Source: Pelagomonas calceolata
Taxonomy: Eukaryota
Length of the DNA: 64,000 nt
NCBI GenBank assembly: GCA_918797485.1
Contig: CAKKNE010000003.1
Coordinates: 4,216,001 to 4,280,000 of the forward strand
Direction of reading: 5' to 3'
Shown: positions 45,267-55,832 of the stretch, piece by piece
Layout of the letters: every line of letters starts with the position of its first letter
Position numbering within the stretch: position 1 is the first letter of the stretch
Notes under the pieces: generated by a model
Seen by the model: only the letters and a program-made list of their open reading frames with translations
Database searches by the model: none
Told to the model about the DNA's origin: nothing
Position numbers and translations under genes: made by a program

Positions 45267-46010
45267 CTAGGCCTCCTCAGACGCCTCGAGGCGCTCGACG
45301 AGCTCCGCTTTCTTGCCCGACACCTTGAGGCCGCGGCCCCTCAACAAATCCTTGAGCTCGGCGACCTTGAGCTTGACGTAGTCGCGCTTGCGCGGCTTTT
45401 CTGCGGGCGCGGGCGCGGCCGGCGCCGGCGCCGTAGCGGGCGCGGGTGCCGGTGCCGGGGCGGGCGCCGGTGCCGGTGCCGGCGCGGCCGCGGTCACCGG
45501 GGCGGCCGCCACCGGAGCGGGCGCGGGCGCCGGCTCAGGCTCCGGCTCCGGCTCCGGCTCTGGTGCCGGCTCCGGTGCGCCGTCGCCGAGCGCCGCCGCC
45601 AAAAAACCGCCCGCCGCCGCGTCGACGTCATCCCCAAGAGCCACGGCGCGCGCCACGTCCGGGCCCAATTGATCCCGGACGACGCTCGCCGCGTCGCTGC
45701 CCGCCAATGAGCACCATCGCACCAGATCCGCGCCGCAGCACTCCAGGAATAAGGGCGACACGTCCGCCGCGGACCGTGAGCCGCCGTCGCAGACGTGCGT
45801 CACCGGCGGCTTGCCCTCGAGGACGTCCCGCACCGCTTGCCTCGAGGACGCGTCGACGACGATCGAGAATCTGGCGCCGGCCTCGACGCACTTCGCGCCG
45901 ACGGCCTTGGCGAGCGGCGCCGGGCCGGTGATCGCTATGTGCGCATTTTGAGGTGCTTGTAATGCCTCTGCGGCGAGCAAGGCAGCGAGGCAGGGTAGCC
46001 GCAGGATCAT
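45267..46010 (-). CDS. Signal-peptide protein with PA/PE linker and C-terminal SAP domain
   Basis: LKVAELKDLLRGRGLKVSGKKAELVERL is the SAP consensus. Confidence 0.82.
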   Translation of the reverse strand: MILRLPCLAALLAAEALQAPQNAHIAITGPAPLAKAVGAKCVEAGARFSIVVDASSRQAVRDVLEGKPPVTHVCDGGSRSAADVSPLFLECCGADLVRWCSLAGSDAASVVRDQLGPDVARAVALGDDVDAAAGGFLAAALGDGAPEPAPEPEPEPEPEPAPAPAPVAAAPVTAAAPAPAPAPAPAPAPAPATAPAPAAPAPAEKPRKRDYVKLKVAELKDLLRGRGLKVSGKKAELVERLEASEEA

Positions 46011-46339
46011 GGCTGCTGTGGCTGCACACCGATGGAGGTATGGCCTGGAGGAGTGCTGTGAGCGGTCTAATTGCCTAGCAGAGGCAGCACGGGCGCCAAA
46101 TCCAATTCGATCTCGCAGCCCAGCCAGTCTAGTATGTATAGAGCTAGCGATTTAGCCCAAAAAAACGAAATACCCGTCCCGAGGGCCCACCAAGGCTCAC
46201 GGAAGGCCGACGGCGGTACCGAGGGGTGGCAAAAAAGCAAGTCGTCTCACAACAAGCAAAGGCAAGAGCACTCCGCACAGCCGACAGCGCATCACCAACA
46301 AATTACAGCCGCCAGCCCAGCGCCGCAGCGCCCGAAGGC

Positions 46340-47659
46340 ATGTCCGCGCTGGTCGAAACCCAGCGCGCGGCGGGCGACGACGCCGTCGCCGCCAGTGTTG
46401 GTAACCTTAACCTTGAGGACAACAATTTTCCCGACGCGCCGCTGTCCCCCGCCACGGACTACGATGATGAGAATGAAGAGCCCCTGAGCCCCTGCGGCTC
46501 CGACAACGGTTTATTGGCGTCCTCGGAGGGCGAGATAAGAATCGGTCCGAGTATCACCCGCCCGACGGCGGTAGAACCGACCTCCACGCCGCCGCCGCCT
46601 CCCGTGTTGACCGACCTCGACGCGCCGACGTGTGTCATCTGTTTGGAAGCTCTAGACGATTCTTCGGACAATCCAGGCGTCGCGGTGCCCTGCGCGTGCC
46701 AAAGGAACTTGGACCAACCGACGAGAGTTCATGAATCTTGCTTGCGGACCTGGGTCGGGGCCTGCGCTCAAAGGGCGGCTCGGAGAGGTTCTGACGATCA
46801 ACCGGCGAACGCCTTTGCCGCAAGGCGGGCCGCTGCGAGAAGAGCCCGGTCGCTCGAAAATCAAGCTGATGTTCAACAGAACAACGTCACGGCGGAGCCG
46901 TCGAGCCCGCCGAGTCCGCCGTCTTCTACCACCTGTCCTTTGTGTCGCGCGCCGCTCAGCGAAGCGTCCGTGTTAGGACTACTCCTGCCGGTGCGAGCGA
47001 GAACAGCTCTAGAGACGGATCCTGCACTCTTCTGCGCCACACCATTGGCGGAAGATGCTCCTCCATTAAGATGTGTCGTCAGTGTTCTAGACCGGAAGAG
47101 CGGCCGCGCGCGAGGTGCTCCGTTGCTAGCTCTGCGCGTCCAGGGCCACGGTGGGAGGGACGCTTTACTCGTCGCGCGAGCCTCGTCGCGAGCGTCTTCG
47201 GGCCGCATGGCCTCGAAGTACGAGGTGTTACAAGGCGACACGGTGCTAGCCACATTAACGAGGAACGTCCTGGGCACGCGCTGGACGGTCAAGAGCGGAG
47301 ATATTCGTACTCATGTGGACTACGCCGTCAATCGATTGGCCAACCGACCTAGAGCGATGCGCGTCAGACGCAATTCAATAAATCTGCGGAGCCGGGCGCC
47401 GGAGTACAACCCGCGCCTGCAGGGCTTCTGCCTCGATTTCTTCGGAAGGGCTCGATTAGCAAGTGTGCGCAACTTCCAACTGGTCGACGCGGACGAGCCC
47501 ACTGTTCCCAACGACCCGCACGCCGAGCAGAAGTGCAAGCTGCTCTTTGGCCGGTGGTCGGCGGACAGCTTCCACTTGGACGTGAAGCACCCGTTTAGTC
47601 CGGCCGAGGCCTTCGCGGTGGCCGTCAGCTCGTTCGCGACGAAGCTGGCTACTATCTAG
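46340..47659 (+). CDS. RING-variant plus Tubby C-terminal domain protein
   Basis: CVIC...PCAC...VHESCL..W...CPLC; Tubby motifs NVLGTRW, LDFFGRARLASVRNFQL, FGRW..DSFHLD..HPFS..AF. Confidence 0.85.
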   Translation: MSALVETQRAAGDDAVAASVGNLNLEDNNFPDAPLSPATDYDDENEEPLSPCGSDNGLLASSEGEIRIGPSITRPTAVEPTSTPPPPPVLTDLDAPTCVICLEALDDSSDNPGVAVPCACQRNLDQPTRVHESCLRTWVGACAQRAARRGSDDQPANAFAARRAAARRARSLENQADVQQNNVTAEPSSPPSPPSSTTCPLCRAPLSEASVLGLLLPVRARTALETDPALFCATPLAEDAPPLRCVVSVLDRKSGRARGAPLLALRVQGHGGRDALLVARASSRASSGRMASKYEVLQGDTVLATLTRNVLGTRWTVKSGDIRTHVDYAVNRLANRPRAMRVRRNSINLRSRAPEYNPRLQGFCLDFFGRARLASVRNFQLVDADEPTVPNDPHAEQKCKLLFGRWSADSFHLDVKHPFSPAEAFAVAVSSFATKLATI

Positions 47660-47723
47660 TCGACCTCCCCCCCCTGTGTAAGCGTGATACCGTAATTATC
47701 GCGGCGACGGCGTGCTGGTTGAA

Positions 47724-48027
47724 GTCGATGTTACGGTGCTAGGACTAGTGGGCGGAGCCCCTGGGGGGGAGACACCGCGCGTCGCCGATTCATCGGCGGC
47801 GGGCGCGGGCCGCTTCTTTCATAACAGCGTACCTCCTTCTAAGCAGAACCGCCTCGGCAAACCCCCCCGAACAATGTGCAACGTTCGCCCGTTCAATCAA
47901 CTTGTCCCGCGACTTCCCGCAGGCGACCTTGGACCGCGGCGACGCGTTCGGCACCGTACACTCCAACAAAGCCAGTAGACACTCGGCCCGACCCTTGACA
48001 ATCGCCACGCTTCACTCCCGGTAGATC
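47724..48027 (-). mobile_element. 5'-truncated non-LTR (CRE/RLE-like) retroelement fragment, copy 2
   Basis: First 197 bp identical to 25379-25575; TSD-like CGTGCTGGTTGAA/CGTGCTGGTGGAG; minus frame IYRE*SVAIVKGRAECLL. Confidence 0.65.
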
Positions 48028-48047
48028 CGTGCTGGTGGAGTACATCC

Positions 48048-48069
48048 CTAGCGGCCGGTAAGACACTAG
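48048..48069 (+). promoter_or_regulatory. CTAG-box copy with extended stem
   Basis: CATCC-CTAGCGGCCGGTAAGACACTAG-GGATG. Confidence 0.6.
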
Positions 48070-48087
48070 GGATGCTGCAAGCAAGCG

Positions 48088-48214
48088 GGCTGCACATGAG
48101 GCCATGTGCTGCACACGCAAAAACACGGTTGGCGAGCGAAGCGGAGCAGCGAAGCTGCGCAGCGGAGCCGCCAGCCGTGTTTTTGCGTGTGCAGCACAGG
48201 CCTCATGTGCAGCC
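48088..48214. repeat. Long inverted repeat/hairpin (46-47 bp arms, 34-nt loop)
   Basis: Arms 48088-48134 and 48169-48214 are complementary with one bulge and one mismatch. Confidence 0.92.
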
Positions 48215-49379
48215 GCACAGGCCACGGCGCTAGCGATTTGGACGGATTTTGGAACGACTGCCTTCGAGGCCTTTCGACGGCCGCGAACTCTACGTTCGCG
48301 CGCCGCAACCGCGCGCAGCAGCTGCCAGACATCCGAGGGCACCGCGACGCCAAAAATTCTAGCTCTAAATGGCTTTAGACGCGCGCGGCGCGCGAAAGAC
48401 GCGTTCGCCGAGAATCGCCGAGATGCAATTTTTCACGCCCTTCCGTTTTTGCGAACTTTGAGGCCCACGGCATCGTTTCGCGTGAGTTCTGGGACGCAGC
48501 GAAACCTCTGACGCGACTTCAAAGGATTTTGTGAGCCGTGCCGGCCCGGCGCATCGAGTCGAGAACGAACGCGCGCAATCGCAAAAGTGCCGAACAGATG
48601 GATGCGCGCTACGCGCGCGGTCGCACAGCACTCGTGGAGCGTCGCGAGCGCTTCTATCGGCTCGGAAACCGCCTGTCGGGGCATTTAGCGCCTTTGTTTC
48701 CTAAAATTCAATTTCTTAAATATACTAAACGGGTTTCTCAGGGACTCTTTCTATGGGACCTACTGGCCACTCCCGGCCCCAGAAAGGAACAAACGCCGCC
48801 CTACAGCCCAACCCGACGCGCCCATAGGGGCCTCCCTAGCGGCCTAGAGCGGACGGGAGCCGGGTCGCGCATTCGCGGACGGCCACCCGACGACCGCACG
48901 AGCCGCGACGATCGATTCCGCCAGTTTGGCGGAGCACCACAGTTGCCATGATCACGTATAGCGAGCGATGCGACTCCATAGCGCGTCATAGCGATCAGTG
49001 GCTGGTTTTCATCCGCGCACTGCACTTGTGCGAAAACGCGTCTCGGCGCATGGGTGTGTGCGAGTCCTAAAGAGTGTTATAAGTCATGCTGGCGCAACGG
49101 ACGTGTTGTATGTATGGTCGGCAACTGTCCCGTGGCGCGAAATGAGTCCGCGCGGCGTTTACGGGCGGCCGTGACCGATCGTAGGCATCGCAGCGCTTTT
49201 GGCTAAAATCATGCGCGCGCGCGTTTTTTTCCGTGTGTGAAGCCTGCGCGCAGTCGTTCGAGGTCCAAGGACACCCCTCGTAGCCCCACGTGTGAAACGG
49301 AGCGATTTTTATTTCGCGCGCACACGGCGCACACGGAGGGCTAGTGTGTGCACAAATCGCTAGCGCCGTGGCCTGTGCG
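48214..49379. mobile_element. Non-coding element bounded by perfect 27-bp inverted repeats (non-autonomous DNA transposon-like)
   Basis: CGCACAGGCCACGGCGCTAGCGATTTG at 48214-48240 and its reverse complement at 49353-49379; no credible ORF; no clear TSD. Confidence 0.65.
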
Positions 49380-49483
49380 TGCGCAGAGCTGGCAACACCG
49401 TGCGCTCTTGCATTGCATGAAGCGATCGCTGGCAACGCAAACTCATCGCGAAAGCACCACTGCGGCCAACAAGCAGCGCAACG

Positions 49484-51412
49484 ATGCATGCATGCCTGGT
49501 TGCTCTCCTGACAGTGAGAGTGGCAGCAGCCTTGCAGCTGCCAGCGCTGCACAGACGGCATAGGTCACTGAAACATGCGTCGCAGCAACCTCCTTTGAGA
49601 CGCCAGCGGCACGTGCGCTATGCCGACGAGGCCGTCGCCCCCGCGCCGCGCGCCTCGAAGGCGCAATGGGCGCAACTGAGAGAGCTCGTAAGGAAGGACT
49701 GGCCGCTCCTCGGCGCCGCTTCTGTGGCACTCACAGGAGCAGCACTCGCAGACGTCGCCGTTCCCCACTACTCGTCGGGAGCGCTCACGGCCGTCGTCGC
49801 CAAGGACGCTGCTCGTGTGCGCGCGCAGCTCTGGGGGTTGTCGATAGCGAGCCTCGCGTCTGCCACTTTCACAGGTGTCAGAGGAGGCCTCTTCTGGCTC
49901 GCGGGCACGCGCGTCGTCACCCGTTTAAGGTTGGCGCTCTTCGGCGCCATGCTGCGCCAGGATATTGCCTTCTTCGACTCTACAAGTACGGGCGAGCTCG
50001 CGTCGCGGTTGTCTGGCGACGCGGCCAAGGTTTCGGATGTCGTGTCGTTCAATCTGAACATCATCGCGCGCCAGACGCTGCAAGCAATTGGGGGATGCGT
50101 CTACCTGGTGGCGCTCGATCCGCCGCTCGCCGCGCTTAGCTTGTGTGGCATGGCGCTCGCATCCTTCCTCACGGACGCCTACGGCCGACTCTCCCGGAAG
50201 TACTCCAGAGAGACGTCCGACCGCCTCGCGGCGACGGCGTCGACGGCGGACGAGGCCATGCGCAACGTGCGCGTCGCGCGGGCCTGCGGCGCGGAGCCGG
50301 CGCTGTACGGTGCATACGAGCGCCAAATTGCGCGGCTTGAGCAAGTTCAGGACCGCGCGGGCCTCGTCTACGGCCTCTCGCGCGTCGCGCTCGGCGGCTG
50401 CAAGGGGCTGGCGGCGGTGGCGACGATGGCACTCGGCGCGAAGCGGGTCGCCAGCGGCGCGCTCGCGCCGGACGCCATGGTGCGGTTCGCGTTCTACGCC
50501 GCGTTCGTCAACGGGGCCGCTTTTGATGTTGGCGACCAGCTCGCCCGGGTCGAGGACGCGCTCGGCGCCGGCGCGGCGGCCTTCGAGCTCGCGCGCCGCG
50601 AGCCCGTGTGGGACGGAAAAGCTCCGCCCTCGGCGCTCGACGCTCATGACGCGCCCGCGTCGCCGTCGGAAGGGCGCGTCGAGTTTGATGATATACGCTT
50701 TGCCTACCCGGCGCGCAACGAGTCCCAGGTGCTCCGCGGCGTCAGCGTGCGCGTGGACCCGGGCGAACGCGTCGCGCTCGTGGGCGCCTCGGGCTCCGGC
50801 AAGAGCACGCTCACGAAACTTCTGTTGCGGCAGTACGGCGCGACCTCCGGCCGCGTGCGCCTCGACGGCGTCGACGTGCGCGACATTCCCCAGGCGGACC
50901 TCGCCAGGAGGGTAGCGTCCGTCGAGCAGGACCCGGCGCTGTTCTCCGGCAGTATCAGAGACAACGTCCGCTTCGGTCTTACGAAAGACGATCCCCGCGC
51001 GGCCGACGAGAAGGTCGAACGCGCCTGCGCCGCGGCCGGCCTCGACGAGGTCGCCGCGCGCCTTCCCCAAGGTCTCGAGACGGCCGCGGGCGCCGCGGGT
51101 ACCTTGCTCAGCGGCGGCCAGCGGCAGCGTATTGCTATAGCGCGGGCCTTGTTGCGGGACCCATCAATAATTGTGCTCGACGAGCCGTCGTCAGCGCTCG
51201 ACGCGCGGAGCGAGGCGCTCGTCCAGCGGACGCTCGACCGCCTGGACTGTTCTTTACTGATCGTCGCGCACCGCCTCGCGACGATCAAGGCCTGCGACCG
51301 CATCTACGTGCTCGAGCGCGGTACTGTCGTCGAGGCGGGTACTCATTCTGAACTTGTCGAGAGCGGCGGCGTCTACGCGGGCATGGTGGCGCGCCAGAGC
51401 TTCGGGGACTAA
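49484..51412 (+). CDS. ABCB-family half transporter (TAP/ABCB10-like), plastid-type leader
   Basis: TMD with QDIAFFD..TGEL.SRL; Walker A GASGSGKS, signature LSGGQRQRIAIARAL, Walker B IIVLDE, IVAHRL. Confidence 0.93.
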   Translation: MHACLVALLTVRVAAALQLPALHRRHRSLKHASQQPPLRRQRHVRYADEAVAPAPRASKAQWAQLRELVRKDWPLLGAASVALTGAALADVAVPHYSSGALTAVVAKDAARVRAQLWGLSIASLASATFTGVRGGLFWLAGTRVVTRLRLALFGAMLRQDIAFFDSTSTGELASRLSGDAAKVSDVVSFNLNIIARQTLQAIGGCVYLVALDPPLAALSLCGMALASFLTDAYGRLSRKYSRETSDRLAATASTADEAMRNVRVARACGAEPALYGAYERQIARLEQVQDRAGLVYGLSRVALGGCKGLAAVATMALGAKRVASGALAPDAMVRFAFYAAFVNGAAFDVGDQLARVEDALGAGAAAFELARREPVWDGKAPPSALDAHDAPASPSEGRVEFDDIRFAYPARNESQVLRGVSVRVDPGERVALVGASGSGKSTLTKLLLRQYGATSGRVRLDGVDVRDIPQADLARRVASVEQDPALFSGSIRDNVRFGLTKDDPRAADEKVERACAAAGLDEVAARLPQGLETAAGAAGTLLSGGQRQRIAIARALLRDPSIIVLDEPSSALDARSEALVQRTLDRLDCSLLIVAHRLATIKACDRIYVLERGTVVEAGTHSELVESGGVYAGMVARQSFGD

Positions 51413-51425
51413 CTAGTGTGTGTTA

Positions 51426-53191
51426 TTAGTACCTACTGAACGTCGTTTTGAGATCTAAGTGGATCGCGTCGACGGAGACGGCCTCGCCGAACTCCCTTCG
51501 CAAGACTGACGCGACCTCCTCGACGCAGGCCACGGCCCGCAACTGGCCCAATAAGTCGCCATAAGCTAACGTGACGACGCGCCCACGATACGCCTGGATC
51601 TCGCGCCTCGACTCGTCGATGATCGCTCGCAGCTTCCAATCTTTGCGGATCAACGCTCTAACTTCCTCGTCGCGGCCGTCCAGGTCCCGCCCACCAGATT
51701 GACTCCGATTCTGTTGTAAAAACTCGTCGCACCGCTGCTTCTTGCGCAACGTCTTCCTCTCATTAATGTCGTCCACTCTTGAACGGGGAGCCTTCCGGAC
51801 CACTTCGCGGTTCCGCAGCTGCACCGGCTCCGGCTCCGCCACGAGAGAAGGCGTCGACGACCGCGCCCGCGCCACGTCCTCGTGGGACCAGCCCGCCGCG
51901 TACCTGCGAACGGCCCCTGATGGACACGAGTCGCGTCGATGGCGTGAAGGCGCCGCGATCGTACCGGCGAGAAGGCAGTATACCCATCATCATGGCCGCC
52001 CGATTCTCCGGCGTCGCCGAGAACGCCGGATGATCTAAGCTAGTGGCGTCGAAGATGCGCCGCGCCCAGGGCGCGTTGGCCCGGCCTCGCCGTTTCGTGG
52101 AATATGACACCAACCTCACCCGCGGCGGCGCTCCTTTTTCAACGGATTGCGAGTGGGCCCTCAGTTGACTCTTGCGCGCCTCCAGGTAGCACCGAGCCGC
52201 CCCTCTTCTATCCCCAGCTCGCAACCGCCGCTGCTGCAGTTTCAAGTAGTCCTCCGCGTCCAACAGAAGCTCGGCGTCCGGTTCCCGCCGCGGAACCTCC
52301 AATTCCCGCTCCTCGTCCTCTTCTTGGCACCTGCGTGTGACCGATTCGGTCGCGAGGCGACTCGCGCGCGGCGAGGAGCGAGGAACGTCGTCATGACGAT
52401 GGTGTGGCGGTCCCGACGGCGCGCGCAGACGCCGTCGACGCGAATCGACAGACGCTGAGTCCGCACGACGCGCAGAGCCAGTCGCCCTCGGGAACCTTCT
52501 CCAGTTCCACACACGACAAGTGGAAGGTCCGGCCACAACCGAGAGCCCGCATGGAAGCTCGCTCCTCCCCACACACCACATGATCTTCTTTGCGGATCGG
52601 CCCCTCCAAACAGCACCCGCACCGATCCTTCTCACACGTGCGACAGAAGAAGGGCTCGTCTTCCTCGGGCATCTTCGCCAGTCCCGCACACGCCGGGTGA
52701 ATCACCGCGGGGCAGCCGTCGCAGCAGGCCACGTCGCCGCCGTCGCCGCACACCAAGCAGAGCGCGTCCCACCCATCAACCTTCCAGGGCTCGAGATCTA
52801 AATCTGGGGTGAGGCCCTCCTTCGGCGGCGTGGGGAGCGGGACGACGGGTCGCTTCGGCGGGCTCGCGATGAGTTTCTCGGAGGTCTCGCCGTTCAGCTT
52901 GAGTCTCACTCCAAAACTTTCTCGTCGCGTCACTTCGCTTCGACGTGGCGTCGGCGGCTTCCGCGCGAGGCCCGTGTCCTCCTCGGACCGCCTTCTCTTC
53001 TTCGAGCGGCGGCGGCCTCGAGCTTCGTCGTCGTATTGGCGCTGCAGGCGTCGCGCGAGCGCCTCGTCGTCGTCCTCGTCGTCGCTCCCTTGCTGTCGGC
53101 GGCGGCGCCGCGCCGCGCGCTCGTCGCGCCGTTGCCGCCGCTGCTGGGCCTTGTCCTCGGCGACCTTCGTGCGGCGCGGGCGCGTGCGCAT
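51426..53191 (-). CDS. Tandem PHD-finger protein, 3 exons (53191-52467, 52330-51965, 51903-51426)
   Basis: CLVCGDGGDVACCDGCPAVIHPAC...FFCRTC and C.CC...C...CGRTFHLSC...DWLCASC; introns 52331-52466 (family B) and 51904-51964 (family C) join the frames. Confidence 0.82.
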
Positions 53192-53343
53192 GTTTTGGCT
53201 CTTTGAATGTGCAGGCTGCGCGCCGCGCGCGGCGCGCAGGCGTCGAGAGCGGTTCGGGCAGGCGTCGAAACGAGCGCTGGCAAATTGCCAGGCGTGTTCC
53301 AAAGCGTCCACAAAAGCTAAAAAGCCAAAGGGTGCCGTGCTTT

Positions 53344-53365
53344 CTAGTGTCTTACTCGCCGCTAG
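53344..53365 (-). promoter_or_regulatory. CTAG-box copy
   Basis: Minus strand CTAGCGGCGAGTAAGACACTAG, midway between divergent genes. Confidence 0.7.
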
Positions 53366-53535
53366 CGACGCCGCGCTCGAGCGCTCTGGGAATCAAAGCT
53401 CTCGCATCCTGCCGCAGTTCTCGAGATAGAGAGGGCGCTGCAGCACAGGAGATTCCTTGGCACGTTTCTGCAGCCCCTGGAAGTGGTCGGTGCAGCGCTG
53501 ATTACGGACAAGGCGAGGCAGAGATCGGCTCACCT

Positions 53536-54687
53536 ATGGCGCAGCAGCCCGCGGCGCCGACGCTGAGTGCCACAGACAAGCCCCAGGAGGTGCGCATCGA
53601 CTTCGCCGTGCCGACCAACGGTGAAACGCACGCGGCCATCCACCTGCACGAGGCTGGCGGCGCAACGCGCATGTACGATGCGGCGTCGAAGACAGTCCTC
53701 CCCGCCGGTGAAAAAGGACGGGCGGTCACTTTGAAAGAGCCGGAGGAAAGCGGGACGCCGGCGCGCAAGAGCCTCATCGCCACGGGCCTGGGAGGTGGGA
53801 CCTTCGAGGCGACGGTGGCCTTTCGCCGAGCCGACGATTTCGACTGGGGCCCAACGTCGCCCCGCAGCGCGCCGCTCGTGCGCGCGGTGCCTGTGGCTTG
53901 TGGCGCGCCGCTGCTCGAGCCAGTCTCCAGCACAGAAATGAGGGTCCATTTTGCGGTTCCGCAGGGCTGCGCTTCTGGCGACGTTTGCTTTTACGAAGAT
54001 CGAGCGTCCGTGGGGCGACGTGTCGCTTGTGATACGTGTACTCTGATGAGAAAGGGTGACGTTACTGGAAATACGTTCGCCATGACGGGCGGCAAAACTA
54101 TTGTCGTCAAACGCCTGTCAAGTCAGATATCTTACACGGTGAAGGTAAATGGGCACAATGGCATCGGCTGGGGTCCATGGTCGCCACCGAGCAAGCCGAT
54201 GAAGCTCCGAGACTTCTTGCCGCCGGTGCCGTCTGCGCCGGTCGTGGACCAAATCTCCTCTGACTCGGCGCGCGTGTTCTGCGCGGTGCTGCCAACCTGT
54301 ACTCATGCAACCGTCACTTTCGTAGCGGTGGACACTGGAATTGAGCTGGCAGTCGACCACGGAAGCGGCAACAAACTCGTTCCTTTAGGAACTGCTGGTG
54401 CGACGGCGTCACCACGTGCTGCTTGCTATAAAGGCTTCGTCGTGTCCGGCCTGTCGGCCGACACGGAGTACGCGGTGGCTTACAGTCAATATGGTGGCTT
54501 CGGCTGGTCTCCCTCCTACTCGCCACGCACCAAGATCCGCACGCTCTCCTCCGACGTCATTATCACGGGCACGAAGACGCGGGAGGAGCGCGACGAGGAA
54601 CTCAAGCGCCACGCCGTCGACGTCGACGCGGACGACGACGCGTCGCCCGAGAAGCCAGCCAAGCGCGGCAAGCTCGAGAAGAACTAG
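53536..54687 (+). CDS. Fibronectin type III repeat protein (3 units)
   Basis: Repeated P.AP...S...V.F ... Y.V.V...N..GWGP.SP.S units; ATG at 53536. Confidence 0.75.
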   Translation: MAQQPAAPTLSATDKPQEVRIDFAVPTNGETHAAIHLHEAGGATRMYDAASKTVLPAGEKGRAVTLKEPEESGTPARKSLIATGLGGGTFEATVAFRRADDFDWGPTSPRSAPLVRAVPVACGAPLLEPVSSTEMRVHFAVPQGCASGDVCFYEDRASVGRRVACDTCTLMRKGDVTGNTFAMTGGKTIVVKRLSSQISYTVKVNGHNGIGWGPWSPPSKPMKLRDFLPPVPSAPVVDQISSDSARVFCAVLPTCTHATVTFVAVDTGIELAVDHGSGNKLVPLGTAGATASPRAACYKGFVVSGLSADTEYAVAYSQYGGFGWSPSYSPRTKIRTLSSDVIITGTKTREERDEELKRHAVDVDADDDASPEKPAKRGKLEKN

Positions 54688-54719
54688 ATGTGTATAAGTG
54701 AACTACAAGTAAAAAGTTG

Positions 54720-54741
54720 CTAGCGGCATGTAACACACTAG
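54720..54741 (+). promoter_or_regulatory. CTAG-box copy
   Basis: TTG-CTAGCGGCATGTAACACACTAG-CAA, about 200 bp upstream of ATG 54941. Confidence 0.65.
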
Positions 54742-54940
54742 CAAGCTTGGCAAACCCGGCGGGCAGCGCTGTGCCAGCGCCCGACCTCTTCGGGCCCGCC
54801 ACGCGACGAAGCGACGCCTGCGACCGCCGACCGCCTCGCGACGCGCGGGCTGCCCGCCCCACAAACTGCCCACCTTGTGAATTGTGAAGGGCTGCCGGCC
54901 CGCGAACCCACGGCCCGCGGACAACGGAGCGCACGCGACC

Positions 54941-55726
54941 ATGGCCTCCGTCACGACGAAGTCGGCCCGGAGCCTCACGGCCAAGAGCCCCAAACGAACA
55001 AAAGCCCAGGTCACGCTGACCACGCAAGCGACCGTAGGAGATTTGATCGACATCCCCGGCATGGACCTCGATGCCTTGGTGCAGGAGACGGCCGACCTCG
55101 CCGCCGACGACATCATGGAGGACATGGAGACGCAGAACGCGGGGTTAGCCCCGCCGAAAAGGAAAGTAGTATCTCCGCGCGCCGCGGACTTCGGGAAACG
55201 TTTTTTTGATGGGAGACCGCCTCGCGAATTAACGAGGATGGAGCTCCTCATGCGCGACACGCGCGCTCTCAGGGATGAACGGAGGATAGACCGGGAGATG
55301 GCGCGCAAGTTCTGGTGCGCGACGGCGACCGGCTACTTCCTGGGATTCCTGTCTTTATTAGTGATGGTGCCCGTGGCGCTGTGCTGGAACCTTGGCATGT
55401 TTTTATACGAGGCCCTGCGGCGGGAGAAGCCTCCTCCTGTCAAAAAGAGAGGTAAGGTCGCGCCGGCCCAAGACTGGCGCTACGAGCTCAAGGACGGCTT
55501 CCCGCAGCGCAAGAACGCGGCGTTATTTGATCTGACCCATAAAGCGAAGGACGACCCGCGGGCCAACTACAAGACGTACTCGGCGGGCGACCTGATCCGG
55601 GCGCGGCCGGCCGCTTCCCAGCCGTCCTATAGTGTCCCCGTGCGCCGCACGGAGCAGGACGACCTCTTGGAGTCGTTCGCGGCGGACCGCGCGAAGCAGC
55701 GGCGCGCGGGGCCGCCGCCCGGGTAA
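54941..55726 (+). CDS. Hypothetical membrane protein
   Basis: ATG ORF with long hydrophobic segment YFLGFLSLLVMVPVALCWNLGMFLY. Confidence 0.65.
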   Translation: MASVTTKSARSLTAKSPKRTKAQVTLTTQATVGDLIDIPGMDLDALVQETADLAADDIMEDMETQNAGLAPPKRKVVSPRAADFGKRFFDGRPPRELTRMELLMRDTRALRDERRIDREMARKFWCATATGYFLGFLSLLVMVPVALCWNLGMFLYEALRREKPPPVKKRGKVAPAQDWRYELKDGFPQRKNAALFDLTHKAKDDPRANYKTYSAGDLIRARPAASQPSYSVPVRRTEQDDLLESFAADRAKQRRAGPPPG

Positions 55727-55768
55727 GCGGTTGTGTTGGTTTCGTCGCGGTGATCGCGGTGCGGTAGC

Positions 55769-55813
55769 GTCGATATGATTGTCACGGTGCTAGGATAGGA
55801 CTAGTGGGCGGAG
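55769..55813 (-). mobile_element. Short diverged 3'-end remnant of the same retroelement-like repeat, copy 3
   Basis: TGTCACGGTGCTAGGATAGGACTAGTGGGCGGAG versus TGTTACGGTGCTAGGACTAGTGGGCGGAG. Confidence 0.6.
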
Positions 55814-55832
55814 TTTGCGCTGCCATAAAACG

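Noticed and set aside
46129..46147. CTAGTATGTATAGAGCTAG between divergent genes as a CTAG-box
   Set aside because: Only 19 bp and lacks the GTAAGACA core; not counted
49195..49212. CTTTTGGCTAAAATCA resembling the U2 snRNA 5' region
   Set aside because: The branch-point pairing GTGTAGTA and the Sm site do not follow
49925..51303. Minus-strand ORFs of 381 and 199 aa
   Set aside because: Antisense shadows of the ABC transporter
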